64,000 bases of DNA from Eledone cirrhosa (Eukaryota): positions 38,936,001-39,000,000 of the forward strand of contig OZ024746.1 in NCBI GenBank assembly GCA_964016885.1. The letters are read 5' to 3'. The notes below the pieces were generated by a model that did not search any database, was not told the DNA's origin, and saw only the letters and a program-made list of their open reading frames with translations. Position numbers and translations under genes: made by a program. This document shows positions 28,601 through 40,256 of this stretch, piece by piece; positions within the stretch are counted from its first letter, which is position 1; every line of letters starts with the position of its first letter.

Positions 28601-29165
28601 ATGCATGGAAAACCCTGATGTAAAATGATAATGATGATATAGATAGATAGAAAGATAGATAGATTGAGTGATAGATAGATAAATAGATAGATAGATATGT
28701 TTCTTTATTAGCCGCAGGGGCACAAAAGAAGGGGACAAATACAAAGGGGGAAGTTTACATACAATAAAAACGTGTAAAATATTATCACAAATGCAATTTT
28801 AAAATTAGTCAATTTTCCCCAATAAGGGGAGACAGTTCATATGGGTAACACATACCCCCGAAAAAATGTGCAACCCTCATCTCCAGGAGTACGAAGAGTA
28901 GATAGATAGATAGATAGATAGATTGAGTGATAGATATATATAGATAGATAGATAGATATTTACACATTTCTAGTGCTGGGTCCAATATAGCCTGTACCTT
29001 GTATTTGCTACTAGGTGTTGACTTTAGAAAGGGCATCCAGTCATAGAAACCATGCTGAAACTAGAATGTATTTGAGTGAGACATAGTCATCCAATCTGTA
29101 TAGAACAGTAGCTCTGATTACCTACTGGTAATGCTAGCATAGCAGAACGGACATAAAATGCTGAT

Positions 29166-29236
<71 letters not shown>

Positions 29237-29257
29237 AAATATATATGTATATATTTA

Positions 29258-29924
29258 TGAGGTGGTATCAGGAAGCTGGAACAAAGAGCAAACTTGAAAT
29301 TTTTGTTTCATCTTGGGAAGTCTGCTACAGAGACATTGAGCATGCTTCGGCAAGCTTATAGTGATGAGGCAATGAGTCTTAGGTAATGTTTCTAGTGGCA
29401 CTGGCACTTCAAAAGCAGAAGAACATCCTTGGAAGAGGACGAGCGATCTGGAAGACCTGCCACAAGAGTCAACCCCGGAAATGTTGAGAAAATTAATCAG
29501 CAGTTCTACTGTAACGTTTTGAGGAAGGACTGTGTCTGTGGAGCGCGAAGATTGGATTCTTCATGATGACAATGGACTCTGTCACTGAGCTCACCTCACT
29601 CATGAGTTTCTTACCAAAAAACAACATTGTATCACTTCTACATTCGCCCTATTTACCAAATTAAGCATCTGCGGACTGCCATCTCTTCTAAAAGCTGAAA
29701 ATGTAGCTCAGAGCTTGCCATGTTAACACGATAGCCCAGATCCAGGAATTGCAGAAGATTCTCAACTGACTTATGGAAAACGACTTCCAGACCGGATTCC
29801 AAAAGTGAGACCAGTGTATTGCTGCGCAAGGTGGCTATTTCGAAGGAAATGATGCTAAAACTTAAGTAAATATATTACATTTTTTTAAACATAACAAGCC
29901 CGAGAACTTTTTGATACTATCTCA
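29258..29924 (+). mobile_element. internally deleted mariner element
   Basis: TA TSDs; TIR TGAGGTGGTATCA / TGATACTATCTCA; EQRANLKF..GKSATET..EDERSGRP, WILHDDN, HSPY, AQGGYFEG. Confidence 0.9.
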
Positions 29925-29945
29925 TATATATAAATATATATATAT

Positions 29946-30391
29946 GGAGGCACATGGCTTAGTGGTTAGAGCATTGGCTTTGCAATCAAAAGGTTGTGAG
30001 TTCAATTCTCAGACCGGGTGATGTGTTGTTTCCTTGAGCAAGACACTTTATTTCACATTGCTCCAGTTTACTCAGCTGTAGAAATGAGATGATAGGGACT
30101 GGGGTCCCTATCATTCCAGTGCAAAGTGGTCGTGGAGGTGGCACAGCAAAAAAGCACCCAGCCCAAATTGTAAAGTGGACATGTAGGTGCGACGGAAAAA
30201 AGCACCCAGCACTCACTGTAAATGAGGTTAGTGTTAGGAAGGGCATCCAGCTGTAGAAATCAAGCTAGAATCAGTTTCTGCATGAGCAAGACAAGTTCAG
30301 TCGACTGGACACTGCCCACAACAAGACAACCCGTCTAACCCATGCTAGCGTGGAAGAACGGACGTAAAATGATGATGATGATGATGATGAT
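29946..30391 (+). mobile_element. CORE-type SINE with long RTE subfamily B tail
   Basis: Head as 2048; tail matches 58185-58445. Confidence 0.9.
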
Positions 30392-30639
30392 ATAGAAACT
30401 TCTTAATTATTTCTTAGTTAAACTGTTGGAATTCTTAAATTTCTTTGATTGTTATCAGCCAGTTTATTCTATATGGATGCTGCTTTCCTATGAATGAATC
30501 ACTATAGATGTTCTCCAAAGTGGATTATCCTTGTACGTGATATTGCTATCATTGAGCAGTTTTATAGGAAAAGAAATTGAAAAATTGCATTGGCTTCTGT
30601 GCCTCTGGTATGAAATCGATCTAAATTCCCCACTATATA

Positions 30640-30678
<39 letters not shown>

Positions 30679-30681
<3 letters not shown>

Positions 30682-30865
30682 GAAGGAAATGTGGTAAGGA
30701 ACCAGATGGACCATAACGCACCAGAGTACTCAATACTTAGGGTAGTAGAGTGGGTAATAGGAAAAAGTATGACCCCGACGACAGAGCTCAAGCCGTTTTG
30801 ACGGCTATTTCTGGACTAGAAATAGCCGTCGAAATGGCTTGAGCTCTGCTATCGGGGTCATACTT

Positions 30866-30870
<5 letters not shown>
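30679..30870 (-). mobile_element. fold-back Penelope-like terminus with half-HHR (family H2)
   Basis: Palindrome 30761-30869 centred on TGGACTA loop; (TA)n flanks; homologues at 46729 and 49524. Confidence 0.8.
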
Positions 30871-30906
<36 letters not shown>

Positions 30907-31185
30907 GATATATTTAGATAGATATATTTAGTACCAGTTTCAGTCAATAAAAATGTTGACTAAAAAAATATATATAATTAAAGATATATAATAAGTTAAG
31001 GTGTATATTAATTAGAAGAGAATATTAAACAACATAGTTTACATATAGAAAGTTCACATTTCTCTCTCAGTAATGGGGTATTAGTAGCAGCCAAAATAAT
31101 AAGAGCTGGGAGTATATATATATATATATATAATAAAAAAAGGAGGAAGTTTCGTTTACATATGAAAAATATTTATTGTATATCG

Positions 31186-31277
31186 ACCTGTTACACCCGT
31201 TTCACAGAGGATTGGCTCAAAGTGATCCATAGGAGTTACGAACCTGACTCCAGTATTGATCTGCTCCTCAGACTGGT
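31186..31277 (-). ncRNA. type I hammerhead with large stem II insertion
   Basis: ACCAGT-CTGAGGA-GCAGA...TCTGT-GAAA-CGGGTG-TA-ACAGGT then AATAAA; within ~210-bp (TA)n-flanked element 31132-41 to 31336. Confidence 0.7.
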
Positions 31278-31361
31278 GATGCGACAAAAGATATATTTTT
31301 GTTACCAACACCAGTATTTCACTGTTTCCATTCTGATATATATATTTACATATATATATAT

Positions 31362-32185
31362 ATACAAATAAAATATAGAGTTATTAACTCATATAGATAC
31401 CCTGCAATTAACAAGTTCAAAGTATAAATACTGAGCATGTTAATATTAATATGTATAGAAGTAAACACCCTAGTAATTTTAGACACAGATTTACTGTGTT
31501 TACTTCTCCACATATTAATATTATAATTGTTTCTACTTTTGGCACAAGGCCAGCAATTATCCCAGTGTATTACTGGCACTTTATTTTATCGACCCTGGAA
31601 GGATGAAAGGCAAAGTTAACCTCAGCAGGATTTGAACTCAGATCATAAAGAGAGGTAACTCTATGCTTCAAAGCATGGCGTCCGACCCTCTACCGATACC
31701 GCCAATTATAATGCTCAGTATTTATACTTTGAGCTTGTTAATTGCAGGGTATCTATATGAGTTAATAACTCTATATTTTATTTGTATTTCGGCTCCTTAT
31801 CTGTTGAGCTTATAAAAATGAGTGTAAATAGGCTATTATTTTTAGCATAACTACTCGCACCGCATTTGACTTTCAACGCATGAGGTGTAAACTTTAGTGA
31901 TTTTATTGTTGTAGGTGTTATGCAACATTTAGTCTTATCTCCTGCTGACGAAATGCCTACGGATTACTTGTTACAAACACGATTCATTCAGGGTGAAACA
32001 GATTAAATCTTTAGTCTGTCCGGGAGATGAAATGGTTATTGATATGGTATGTATGAGAAATCTTGTAAGAAATCTTGTAACATCCCATATGATTCAGGTT
32101 GAATAATATATAACATTTGTGGTATAATCTACCCTCGTAATTTTAAACACGGGTTAACTGTGTTTACTTCTACACATATTAATAT
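31362..32185 (+). mobile_element. Penelope-like element with partial inverted repeats, interrupted by Nin SINE (31523-31706, minus)
   Basis: 31362-31438 mirrors 31711-31787; 31470-31522 repeats 32132-32184; (TA)n flanks; carries HHR. Confidence 0.75.
31937..32028 (+). ncRNA. type I hammerhead ribozyme, full stems I and III
   Basis: Stem I ATCTCCTG/CGGGAGAT; CTGACGA 31945-51; GAAA 31995-98; stem III ACAGATTAAA/TTTAGTCTGT; GUC site 32018-20. Confidence 0.85.
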
Positions 32186-32437
32186 ATATATATATAAATA
32201 TATATACAGAAGGCAGGGCACTCTAGAATACTACTGAATACATGATTCATGGTTGTGTCATTGTTGACTATATCAGCAACTCCACCCACTTTGCTTAAAC
32301 AATTTGGGGGCACTGTGTGACTGAAAAACAAAACCTACTCTCAAGAGTTCTTGAGTTCAGGGGTGAATTAACCCATTAAAGTCAATGTTCTTCCAGTATA
32401 ATGTATATATATATATATATGTTTCTGCATGTCTATA

Positions 32438-32916
32438 ATAAGAAGAGAGGTAGGTGTAAAAGCCAAACTCACTATCTTCAATTCTGTATTCATATCAACC
32501 CTTACCTATGGTCATGAATCTTGGGTAATGACCGAAAGAATGGGATCACAAATACAAGCTGCCAAAGTGAGGTTCCTCCGAAGGGTCTTTGGAGAAACAT
32601 AACTTGATTGAGTCACTCCAGATAGAACCGCTACTTCTCCGAATTGAGATATCACAGCTCTGATACTATGGGCATATGGTTAGAATATCTTTGGAAAGAA
32701 TGGTTGAACAGATTTTACAAGCAAAACTAACTGGCAGGAGACCAAGGGGTAGACCCCGAGTAAGATGGTTGGATAACATCCATAAACTTGGCTGGTCTTG
32801 CTTGGGAATCTAACGGGATCAGTTGGAAACAGTTGCTTCTGACAGGACCTGCTGGAAGGAGTGTTTGAAGACTCTGCCCCCATGACCCTCTCAGGAATAA
32901 GTGGATGAAGAAGATG
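32438..32916 (+). mobile_element. Rex3/Expander-like RTE 3' end, degenerate
   Basis: AKLTIFNSVFISTLTYGHESWVMTER..IQAA..RFLRRV; RPRGRPR.RW; terminal ATAAGTGGATGAAGAAGATG. Confidence 0.85.
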
Positions 32917-33139
32917 TTTATGTAAATGTACATGAGAAAAGGATACTCATACATGAAACCTACAATGTTTGTAGTCTCTGGCCATTTTACTTTATTTGTT
33001 GCTAGTTTAACAACTTCAAACATTTTCCTTTTCTTCCTTCCAGTTAAAATCAGAACTTGGAAACACAAACAGTTTCTGTTGTGACAATCAATATATCATG
33101 CATGTTTGTAACAATAAAATACTTTCATTGTTTCTTCAC

Positions 33140-33319
33140 TCATGAGAGTACACAGAAGGTGTGTATATAGGCTACAGTGGCTGTAATTCTTTGTTCATTT
33201 GTGATGTTTGCATCTAATGTTGAATTATCTTCGGCATCTAGGTGATGTCGTCTTAATCTTGCCTTCCTGATGTATGTCTGCATCCTTCTGAAAGCCCATG
33301 ATGGTGAGGCTCTGCATAT
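33140..33319 (-). CDS. probable terminal coding exon ending in CaaX motif (CVLS*), protein unidentified
   Basis: Polypyrimidine tract plus AG (33320-21); 59 open codons ICRASPSWAFRRMQTYIRKARLRRHH...YIHTFCVLS*; AATAAA ~145 nt downstream (32991-96); non-repetitive. Confidence 0.55.
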   Translation of the reverse strand: MCRASPSWAFRRMQTYIRKARLRRHHLDAEDNSTLDANITNEQRITATVAYIHTFCVLS

Positions 33320-33483
33320 CTAACGAAGAAGGATGGGCAAAGGAGGTCATACTAAAAAATGAGTCGACAGTCATCATATATATATATATATACTTGATAT
33401 TTTCCTATGCTTTAATATATGTACACTCCATATTCTTCTGAGTTTTCGTCTTGTATTGGCCGATAGTGCTTCTTATAGCTTTA

Positions 33484-33528
33484 ATTGCCCTGATGAGTCC
33501 TTAATAGGACGAAACATTGTTGGCTAAT
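33484..33528 (+). ncRNA. minimal type I hammerhead
   Basis: GCC-CTGATGA-GTCCT TAAT AGGAC-GAAA-CATTG-TT-GGC then AATAAA; in ~180-bp (TA)n-flanked element 33393-33572. Confidence 0.85.
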
Positions 33529-33569
33529 AAAGACTTTTGATGTATTGAAGGCTTCTTTGGTTTATTTTC

Positions 33570-33654
<85 letters not shown>

Positions 33655-33656
<2 letters not shown>

Positions 33657-33950
33657 TTCAGTGTAGATGTCAAAGAGTCCTTTATTAATAAAGCTGTGAT
33701 ATATATTTCAATAAAGATCATTGCTATGTAATTGTTCAGTCATGTAACCAGTCATGTGATCTCAGCAGACAGCATCATTATGTAATAAGGTTATATTTCT
33801 AAAGCAAATGTAATCTTATTACATAATGATGCTGTCTGCTGAGATCACATGACTGGTTACATGACTGAACAATCACGTATCCATGATCTTCATAGAAATA
33901 TATATCACAGCTTTATTAATCAAGGACTCTTTAACATCTACACTGAACTT
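33655..33950. repeat. fold-back inverted repeat (~135-bp arms, short loop) with 3' tail to ~34045
   Basis: AGTTCAGTGTAGATG...TAATAAG mirrors CTTATTA...CATCTACACTGAACT. Confidence 0.9.
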
Positions 33951-34045
33951 CACATATTCCTTTTTCTAAATATATTCTAGCATTCTTATTTGGAAGAAAC
34001 GACATGACATTGAGTGCTTGAATTGAATTGCATCATTGTTTACTG

Positions 34046-36436
34046 CTTGTAAAGTATGGCAGGATGGGGGAAGTAGAGAAGACTATCAAGTGGCCAGGAG
34101 GGAAGCTAGGAGACAAGTGTACTTCTCAAGAAGGGAAGCAGAGGAAAGAAAGTTCAAGCATGTTCTACAACGCGAGGACCAAAGACGTGAGGTGTTCAGG
34201 ATTGCTAGGCAATGTGTCAAGGAAAACCATGATATTGTCGGGGAGAAGTGTGTCCTTAATGATGATGGTGTGCTTGCCATCACTGACGCTGATAAGAAGG
34301 TAGCTTGGAAGTGTCACTACGAAAGGCTACTAAATGAGGAGAATAAATGGGAGAAAGACAGTCTCCCCCACATCGATCTAATAGAGGGACCAGCAGTGTT
34401 AGTCGAAGGTAGTATAAGTAAGGCAATCAAAGATATGAAGACGGGTAAGGCAGCTGGGCCTTTGGAAATAGTTGCTGAAATGCTGAAAGCTTCTGGAACG
34501 GTGGGACACACCATGGTCACCCGGATAGTAAACCAAGTCATACAGAATGGGGTTGTTCCGAAAGACTGGCGTAGCAGCATCATCATTAACTGCTACAAGG
34601 GTAAAGGAGATGCCCTAGATAGGAGTAACTATAGAGGCATTAAATTAATCGACCAGGTCATGAAGGTCACAGAAAAATTAATAGCGCAACTAATCAGAGA
34701 GAGAATTGATCTAGATGAAATGCAGTTCGAGTTTGTGTCAGGTAAAAGTACCACAGACGCTCTTTTCATTGTACGACAACTACAGGAGAAGTACCTAGCT
34801 AAAAGTAAACCCCTATACTTAGCTTTTGTCGACTTGGAGAAAGCCTTCGACAGAGTCCCCCGTTCCATTATCTGGTGGGCTCTTAGAAAACTAGGTGTTG
34901 ATGAATGGCTTGTGAGAGCTATACAAGCCATGTATAAAGAAACAGTCAGCAAGGTTAGAATTAATAACGAATATAGTGAAGAGTTTAGCATAAAAGTTGG
35001 TGTTCATCAGGGCTCCGTTCTTAGCCCCCTACTATTTATTATTGCCCTTCAGGCTATAACAGTGGCGTTTAAGACTGGCTGCCCATGGGAACTCCTATAT
35101 GCAGATGATCTAACGCTCATAGCTGAATGAATGGCCGAACTAGAGAAGAAATTCCAAACATGGAAGCATGACCTAGAATCAAAAGACCTTAAAGTTAACT
35201 TGTCTAAGACTAAAGACCTAATATGTAGGAGTAGAATAGGGCACTGGTCCCATCTGGGAAATGGCCATGCTCAGTGTGTAGGAAAGGAGTAGGTAGAAAC
35301 TCCATTTTATGTCCCAAATGCAAAGTATGAGTGCATAAAAGATGTAGTGGGATCACAGGTAAGCTAACTAAGAACATAGATTTTATATGTGGCCGGTGCT
35401 CTGGTGCAATAAGTAGCAGCAAGTGCCCAGAGAATACTAGCTCATTCCATTGCACAGATGGTTCTATAGAAACAGTGGACACCTTCCGTTACTTGGGTGA
35501 CAAAATCAGCAGTGGTGGAGGGTGCTCTGAAAGTACAGTAGCTCGAGTCAAAACTGGGTGGAAAAAGTTCAGAGAGCTTATACCACTATTAGCTGCTAAA
35601 GGGTTCTCTCTAAAAATGAAAGGCAGGCTGTATGATGCCTGCATACGAACAGCAATGTTACATGGCAGTGAGACCTGGGCATTGTGTGCAGAAGATATAC
35701 GCAGACTGGAGAGGAACGAAGCTTGCATGCTCCGCTGGATGTGTAATAGTAATATACGTGAACGGCAAAGCATAAACGAACTAAGGGAAAAATTAGAAAT
35801 AAGAGGGATCAGATGTTGTTTACTCGAGAGAAGACTACGTTGGCATGGTCACGTGATGCGCATGAAAGACGACAGCTGTATAAAAAAGTGCAGGGCAATG
35901 AAGATAGACGGTAGCCACGGAGTAGGCAGACCCAGAAGAACCTGGGACAGCTTGATAAATTCCGACCTCACACACTTACACCTCTCCAAGACAATGTCAC
36001 TGGACCGAGATCTTTGGCGCTACACAGTAATACAGAAGACCCGCCTTACCTAAGTACAAAGTGAAACCTACTACAGTCAGTAGGCACCTCTAACAAAATA
36101 CACCCTCGTCCCACTACCCCCACCCCATCCACACCACCCCTTTCAATGTAAAGTTATGTTGGTACCACAACATCCAGTCCGAAACAAATGAGGTCGTGTC
36201 GGTGTCACGACAAAAAAAACACACAGTCCATGCTGTAATGTGGCCGTGTAGGTAACACGGTAAAAACCTCCCAGTTCACACTGTAAACATGGTTGGTGTT
36301 AGGAAGGGCATCCAGCTGTAGAAAACCCGCCAGACAGTCCTATGCGAGCGAGACAACCACTCTTGCCTCAAGTGGGAAAACTCCCGTCCAAACCCATGCA
36401 AGCGTGGAAGATGGACGTTAAACGATGATGATGATG

Positions 36437-36437
<1 letters not shown>
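34046..36437 (+). mobile_element. RTE LINE subfamily A, 5'-truncated, disrupted RT
   Basis: ORFs 34036-35130 and 35331-36053: DLEKAFD, QGSVLSP, YADD; stops at 35128 and 35328, frameshift ~35230; GAT tail. Confidence 0.97.
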
Positions 36438-36467
<30 letters not shown>

Positions 36468-36469
36468 GA

Positions 36470-36660
36470 GAGAGAGAAATGACTTCTACAGAACTAGAAC
36501 TGTTTCATTCGGGAGAAATCATGAGGAAGCCCTGATGATTTCTCCCTAATGAAACAGTTCTAGTCCTGTAGAAGCCATTTCTATATTAAATATTTATACT
36601 CTACTATGTATTGAATACCTTACTTACTGTGGTTACCCCCGATTGAACCCAGGATAAATT
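36470..36660 (+). mobile_element. fold-back Penelope-like terminus, family H1, HHR in each arm
   Basis: Minus arm 36481-36531 GGCTTC-CTCATGA-TTTCTCCCGAAT-GAAA-CAG..CTG-TA-GAAGTC; plus arm 36532-36576 CTGATGA...GAAA-CAG..CTG-TA-GAAGCC. Confidence 0.85.
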
Positions 36661-36696
36661 TATATATATATACATGTACTCGTTCTTGTTTAATTT

Positions 36697-36734
<38 letters not shown>

Positions 36735-36736
<2 letters not shown>

Positions 36737-39700
36737 CCCCATCCCCCCCCGCGCCCCACCGCTCCCACCCTCCAAACGCAATCCAAAACTTCAGAGTTGG
36801 TACCATGAATGTAGGCACCTTAAAGGGTCGCTCTAACGAGGTTGTAGAAATGCTTGAACGTAAGGAGGTCGATGTTTGTTGTATTCAAGAGACCAGGTGG
36901 AGGGGAGGGTCGGCTAGATTCATCGTGGGTAAAGAACGATGCTATAAGCTTTTCTGGGTGGGAAATGACAATGGGTTGGGTGGGGTAGGAATCATGGTAG
37001 CAGAAAAGTGGGCAGATAAGATAAATGACGTAAATAGAGTGAACGACAGAATAATTAAAATAAGACTTGTCCTCAATAAAACTACGGTGACAGTAATATC
37101 TGCGTACGCACCACAATCCGGACTGCCCGGTGCTATAAAAGACAGATTCTACGAGACACTGATGCTCGCTACCTCCCAAATAACCGACAGTGACTATATA
37201 GTTATTGCAGGCGACCTAAATGGTCACGTTGGACAACATTGTGACGGCTATGACGGAATCCATGGAGGCTATGGGTTCGGTACTAGAAATGAGGAAGGCT
37301 CCAGAATCCTGGAATTCTGCGACGCAAATAACTTAACTATCTGTAACACTAACTTCAAAAAACGAGACAATCACTTGATCACCTATAGATCGGGGGAACA
37401 CACAAGCCAGGTAGATTATATCCTTACCAGAAGACGTGACAGAGTGTCTGTTGTTAACACTAAATCCCTCCCCCATGAAGAATTCACCTCCCAACATAGA
37501 CTGATAATTAGCGACCTCATAGTCAGGACGAGACGTACTAGACAGCGGAAGAGGACTATCCTCAGGAGAAAAATATGGAAGCTAAAGGACCCCATAGCCA
37601 GAAATAAATTTCAAAGCATACTACTTGACGCTTTCGACAGTAAGGAAGAGCAATCAGAGTCGTATAATATAGAGGAACAGTGGGAATTCCTGAGAGCAAA
37701 CCTGCTGACGGCGGCAGACGAAGTCTGTGGCTGGAGCAGGCCTGTAGGCAGGAGGAGAGTAACATGGTGGTGGAACAGTAAGGTGGAGGAGTCAATTAAG
37801 GCCAAAAAGCAGGCTTGGAAAGCATGGCGGGATGGGGGAAGTAGAGAAGACTATCAAGTGGCCAGGAGGGAAGCTAGGAGACAAGTGTACTTCGCAAGAA
37901 GGGAAGCAGAGGAAAGAAAGTTCAAGCATGTTCTACAACGTGAGGACCAAAACCGTGAGGTGTTCAGGATTGCCAGGCAATGTGTCAAGGAAAACCGTGA
38001 TATTGTCGGGGAGAAGTGTGTACTTAACGATGATGGCATACTTGCCATCACCGACGCTGATAAGAAGGTAGCTTGGAAGTGTCACTACGAAAGGCTTCTA
38101 AATGAGGAGAACAAATGGGAGAAAGACAGTCTCCCCCACATCGACCCAATAGAGGGACCAGCAGTGTTAGTCCAGGGTAGTACAATAAGCAAGGCAATCA
38201 AAGATATGAAGACGGGTAAGGCGGCTGGTCCTTCGGAAATAGTTGCTGAGATGCTGAAGGCATCTGGTTCGGTGGGACACACCATGGTCACCCGGATAGT
38301 TAACCAAGTCGTACAGAATGGGGTTGTTCCGAAGGGCTGGCGTAGCAGCATCATCGTTAACTGCTATAAGGGAAAAGGAGATGCCCTAGATAGGAGTAAC
38401 TATAGAGGCATTAAATTAATCGACCAGGTCATGAAGGTCACGGAAAAAGTAATAGCGCAACTAATCAGAGAGAGAATTGATCTAAATGAAATGCAATTCG
38501 GATTTGTGTCAGGCAAAAGTACCACAGACGCTCTTTTCATAGTACGACAACTACAGGAGAAGTACCTAGCTAAAAGTAAACCCCTATACTTAGCTTTCGT
38601 CGACTTGGAGAAAGCCTTCGACAGAGTCCCCCGTTCCATTATCTGGTGGTCTCTTAGAAAACTAGGTGTTGACGAATGGCTTGTGAGAGCTATACAAGCC
38701 ATGTATAAAGAAACAGTCAGTAAGGTTAGAATTAATAACGAATATAGTGAAGAGTTTAGCATAAAAGTTGGTGTCCATCAGGGCTCTGTTCTTAGCCCCC
38801 TACTATTTATTATTGCCCTTCAGGCTATAACAGAGGAGTTCAAGACCGGCTGCCCATGGGAACTCCTATACGCAGATGATCTAACGCTCATAGCTGAATC
38901 AATGACCGAACTAGAGAAGAAATTCCAAACATGGAAGCACGGCCTAGAATCAAAAGGCCTTAAAATTAACCTGGCTAAGACTAAAGTTCTAGTTTGTAGG
39001 AAATAAAATAAGGCGGCAGTCCCATCTGGGAAATGGCCATGCTCAGTGTGTAGGAAAGGCGTAGGTAGAAACTCCATTTTATGTCCCAAATGCAAAGTAT
39101 GGGTGCATAAAAGATGTAGTGGGATCACAGGTAAGCTAACTAAGAACATAGATTTTACATGTGGCCGGTGCTCTGGTGCAATAAGTAGCAGCAAGTGCCC
39201 ACAAAATACTAGCTCCTTCAACTGCGCAGAGGGTTCTATAGAAATAGTGGACAGCTTCCGTTACCTGGGTGACAAAATCAGCAGTGGGGGAGGGTGCTCT
39301 GAAAGTACAGTAGCTAGAGTCAGAACTGGATGGAAAAAGTTCAGAGAGCTTATACCACTATTAGCCGCTAAAGGGTTCTCCCTAAAAATGAAAGGCAGGT
39401 TATACGATGCCTGCATACGAACAGCAATGCTGCATGGCAGTGAGACCTGGGCATTGTGTGCAGAGGATATACACAGACTAGAGAGGAACGAAGCTTGCAT
39501 GCTCCGCTGGATGTGCAATAGTAATATACGTGAACGGCAAAGCATAAACGAACTAAGGAAAAAATTAGAAATAAGAGGGATCAGATGTTGTTTACTCGAG
39601 AGAAGGCTACGTTGGTACGGTCACGTGATGCGCATGAAAGACGACAGCTGTATAACAAAGTGCAGGGCAATAAAGATAGACGGTAGCCACGGAGTAGGCA

Positions 39701-40218
39701 GACCCAGAAAAACATGGGACGAGCTGATAAATTCCGACCTCACACGCTTACACCTCTCCAAGACAATGTCCCTGGACCGAGACCTTTGGCGGTACTCAGT
39801 AATAGAGAAGACCCGCCTTACCTAAATACAAAGTAAAAACCTACTACAGTCAGTAGGCATCTCTATCAAAACACCTCCACCCGCCCCACCACCTCCACCC
39901 CATCCACACCGCCCCTTCCAATGTAAAGTTATGTTGGTCCCACAACATCCAGGCCGAAACAAATGAGATCGTGTAGGTGTCACGACAAAAAAACACACAG
40001 TTCACGCTGTAAATGTGGCCGTGTAGGCAACACGGTAAAAACCTCCCAGCCCCACACTGTAAATGTGGTTGGTGTTAGGAAGGGCATCCAGCTGTAGAAA
40101 ACCCACCAGACAGTCCTATGCGAGCAAGACAACCACTCTTGCCTCAAGTGGGAAAACCCCCGTCCAAACCCATGCAAGCGTGGAACACGGACGCTAAACC
40201 TGATGATGATGATGATGA
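36735..40218 (+). mobile_element. near-full-length RTE LINE subfamily A
   Basis: Single APE-RT frame plus 3'UTR and GAT tail; 5' end abuts (TA)n. Confidence 0.97.
36805..39825 (+). pseudogene. RTE ORF: AP endonuclease, reverse transcriptase, PHD-like finger; one in-frame TAA at 39004-06
   Basis: NVGTL, IQET, SAYAPQ, GDLNGH, DYIL, SQH (APE); YRGI, DLEKAFD, QGSVLSP, YADD (RT); ORFs 36805 and 39046 share a frame. Confidence 0.93.
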
Positions 40219-40256
40219 TATATATATATATATATATATACATATATATATACATA

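Noticed and set aside
34086-39545. Antisense and alternate-frame ORFs inside RTE copies
   Set aside because: Shadow frames of the RT ORF, repeated only because the element is repeated
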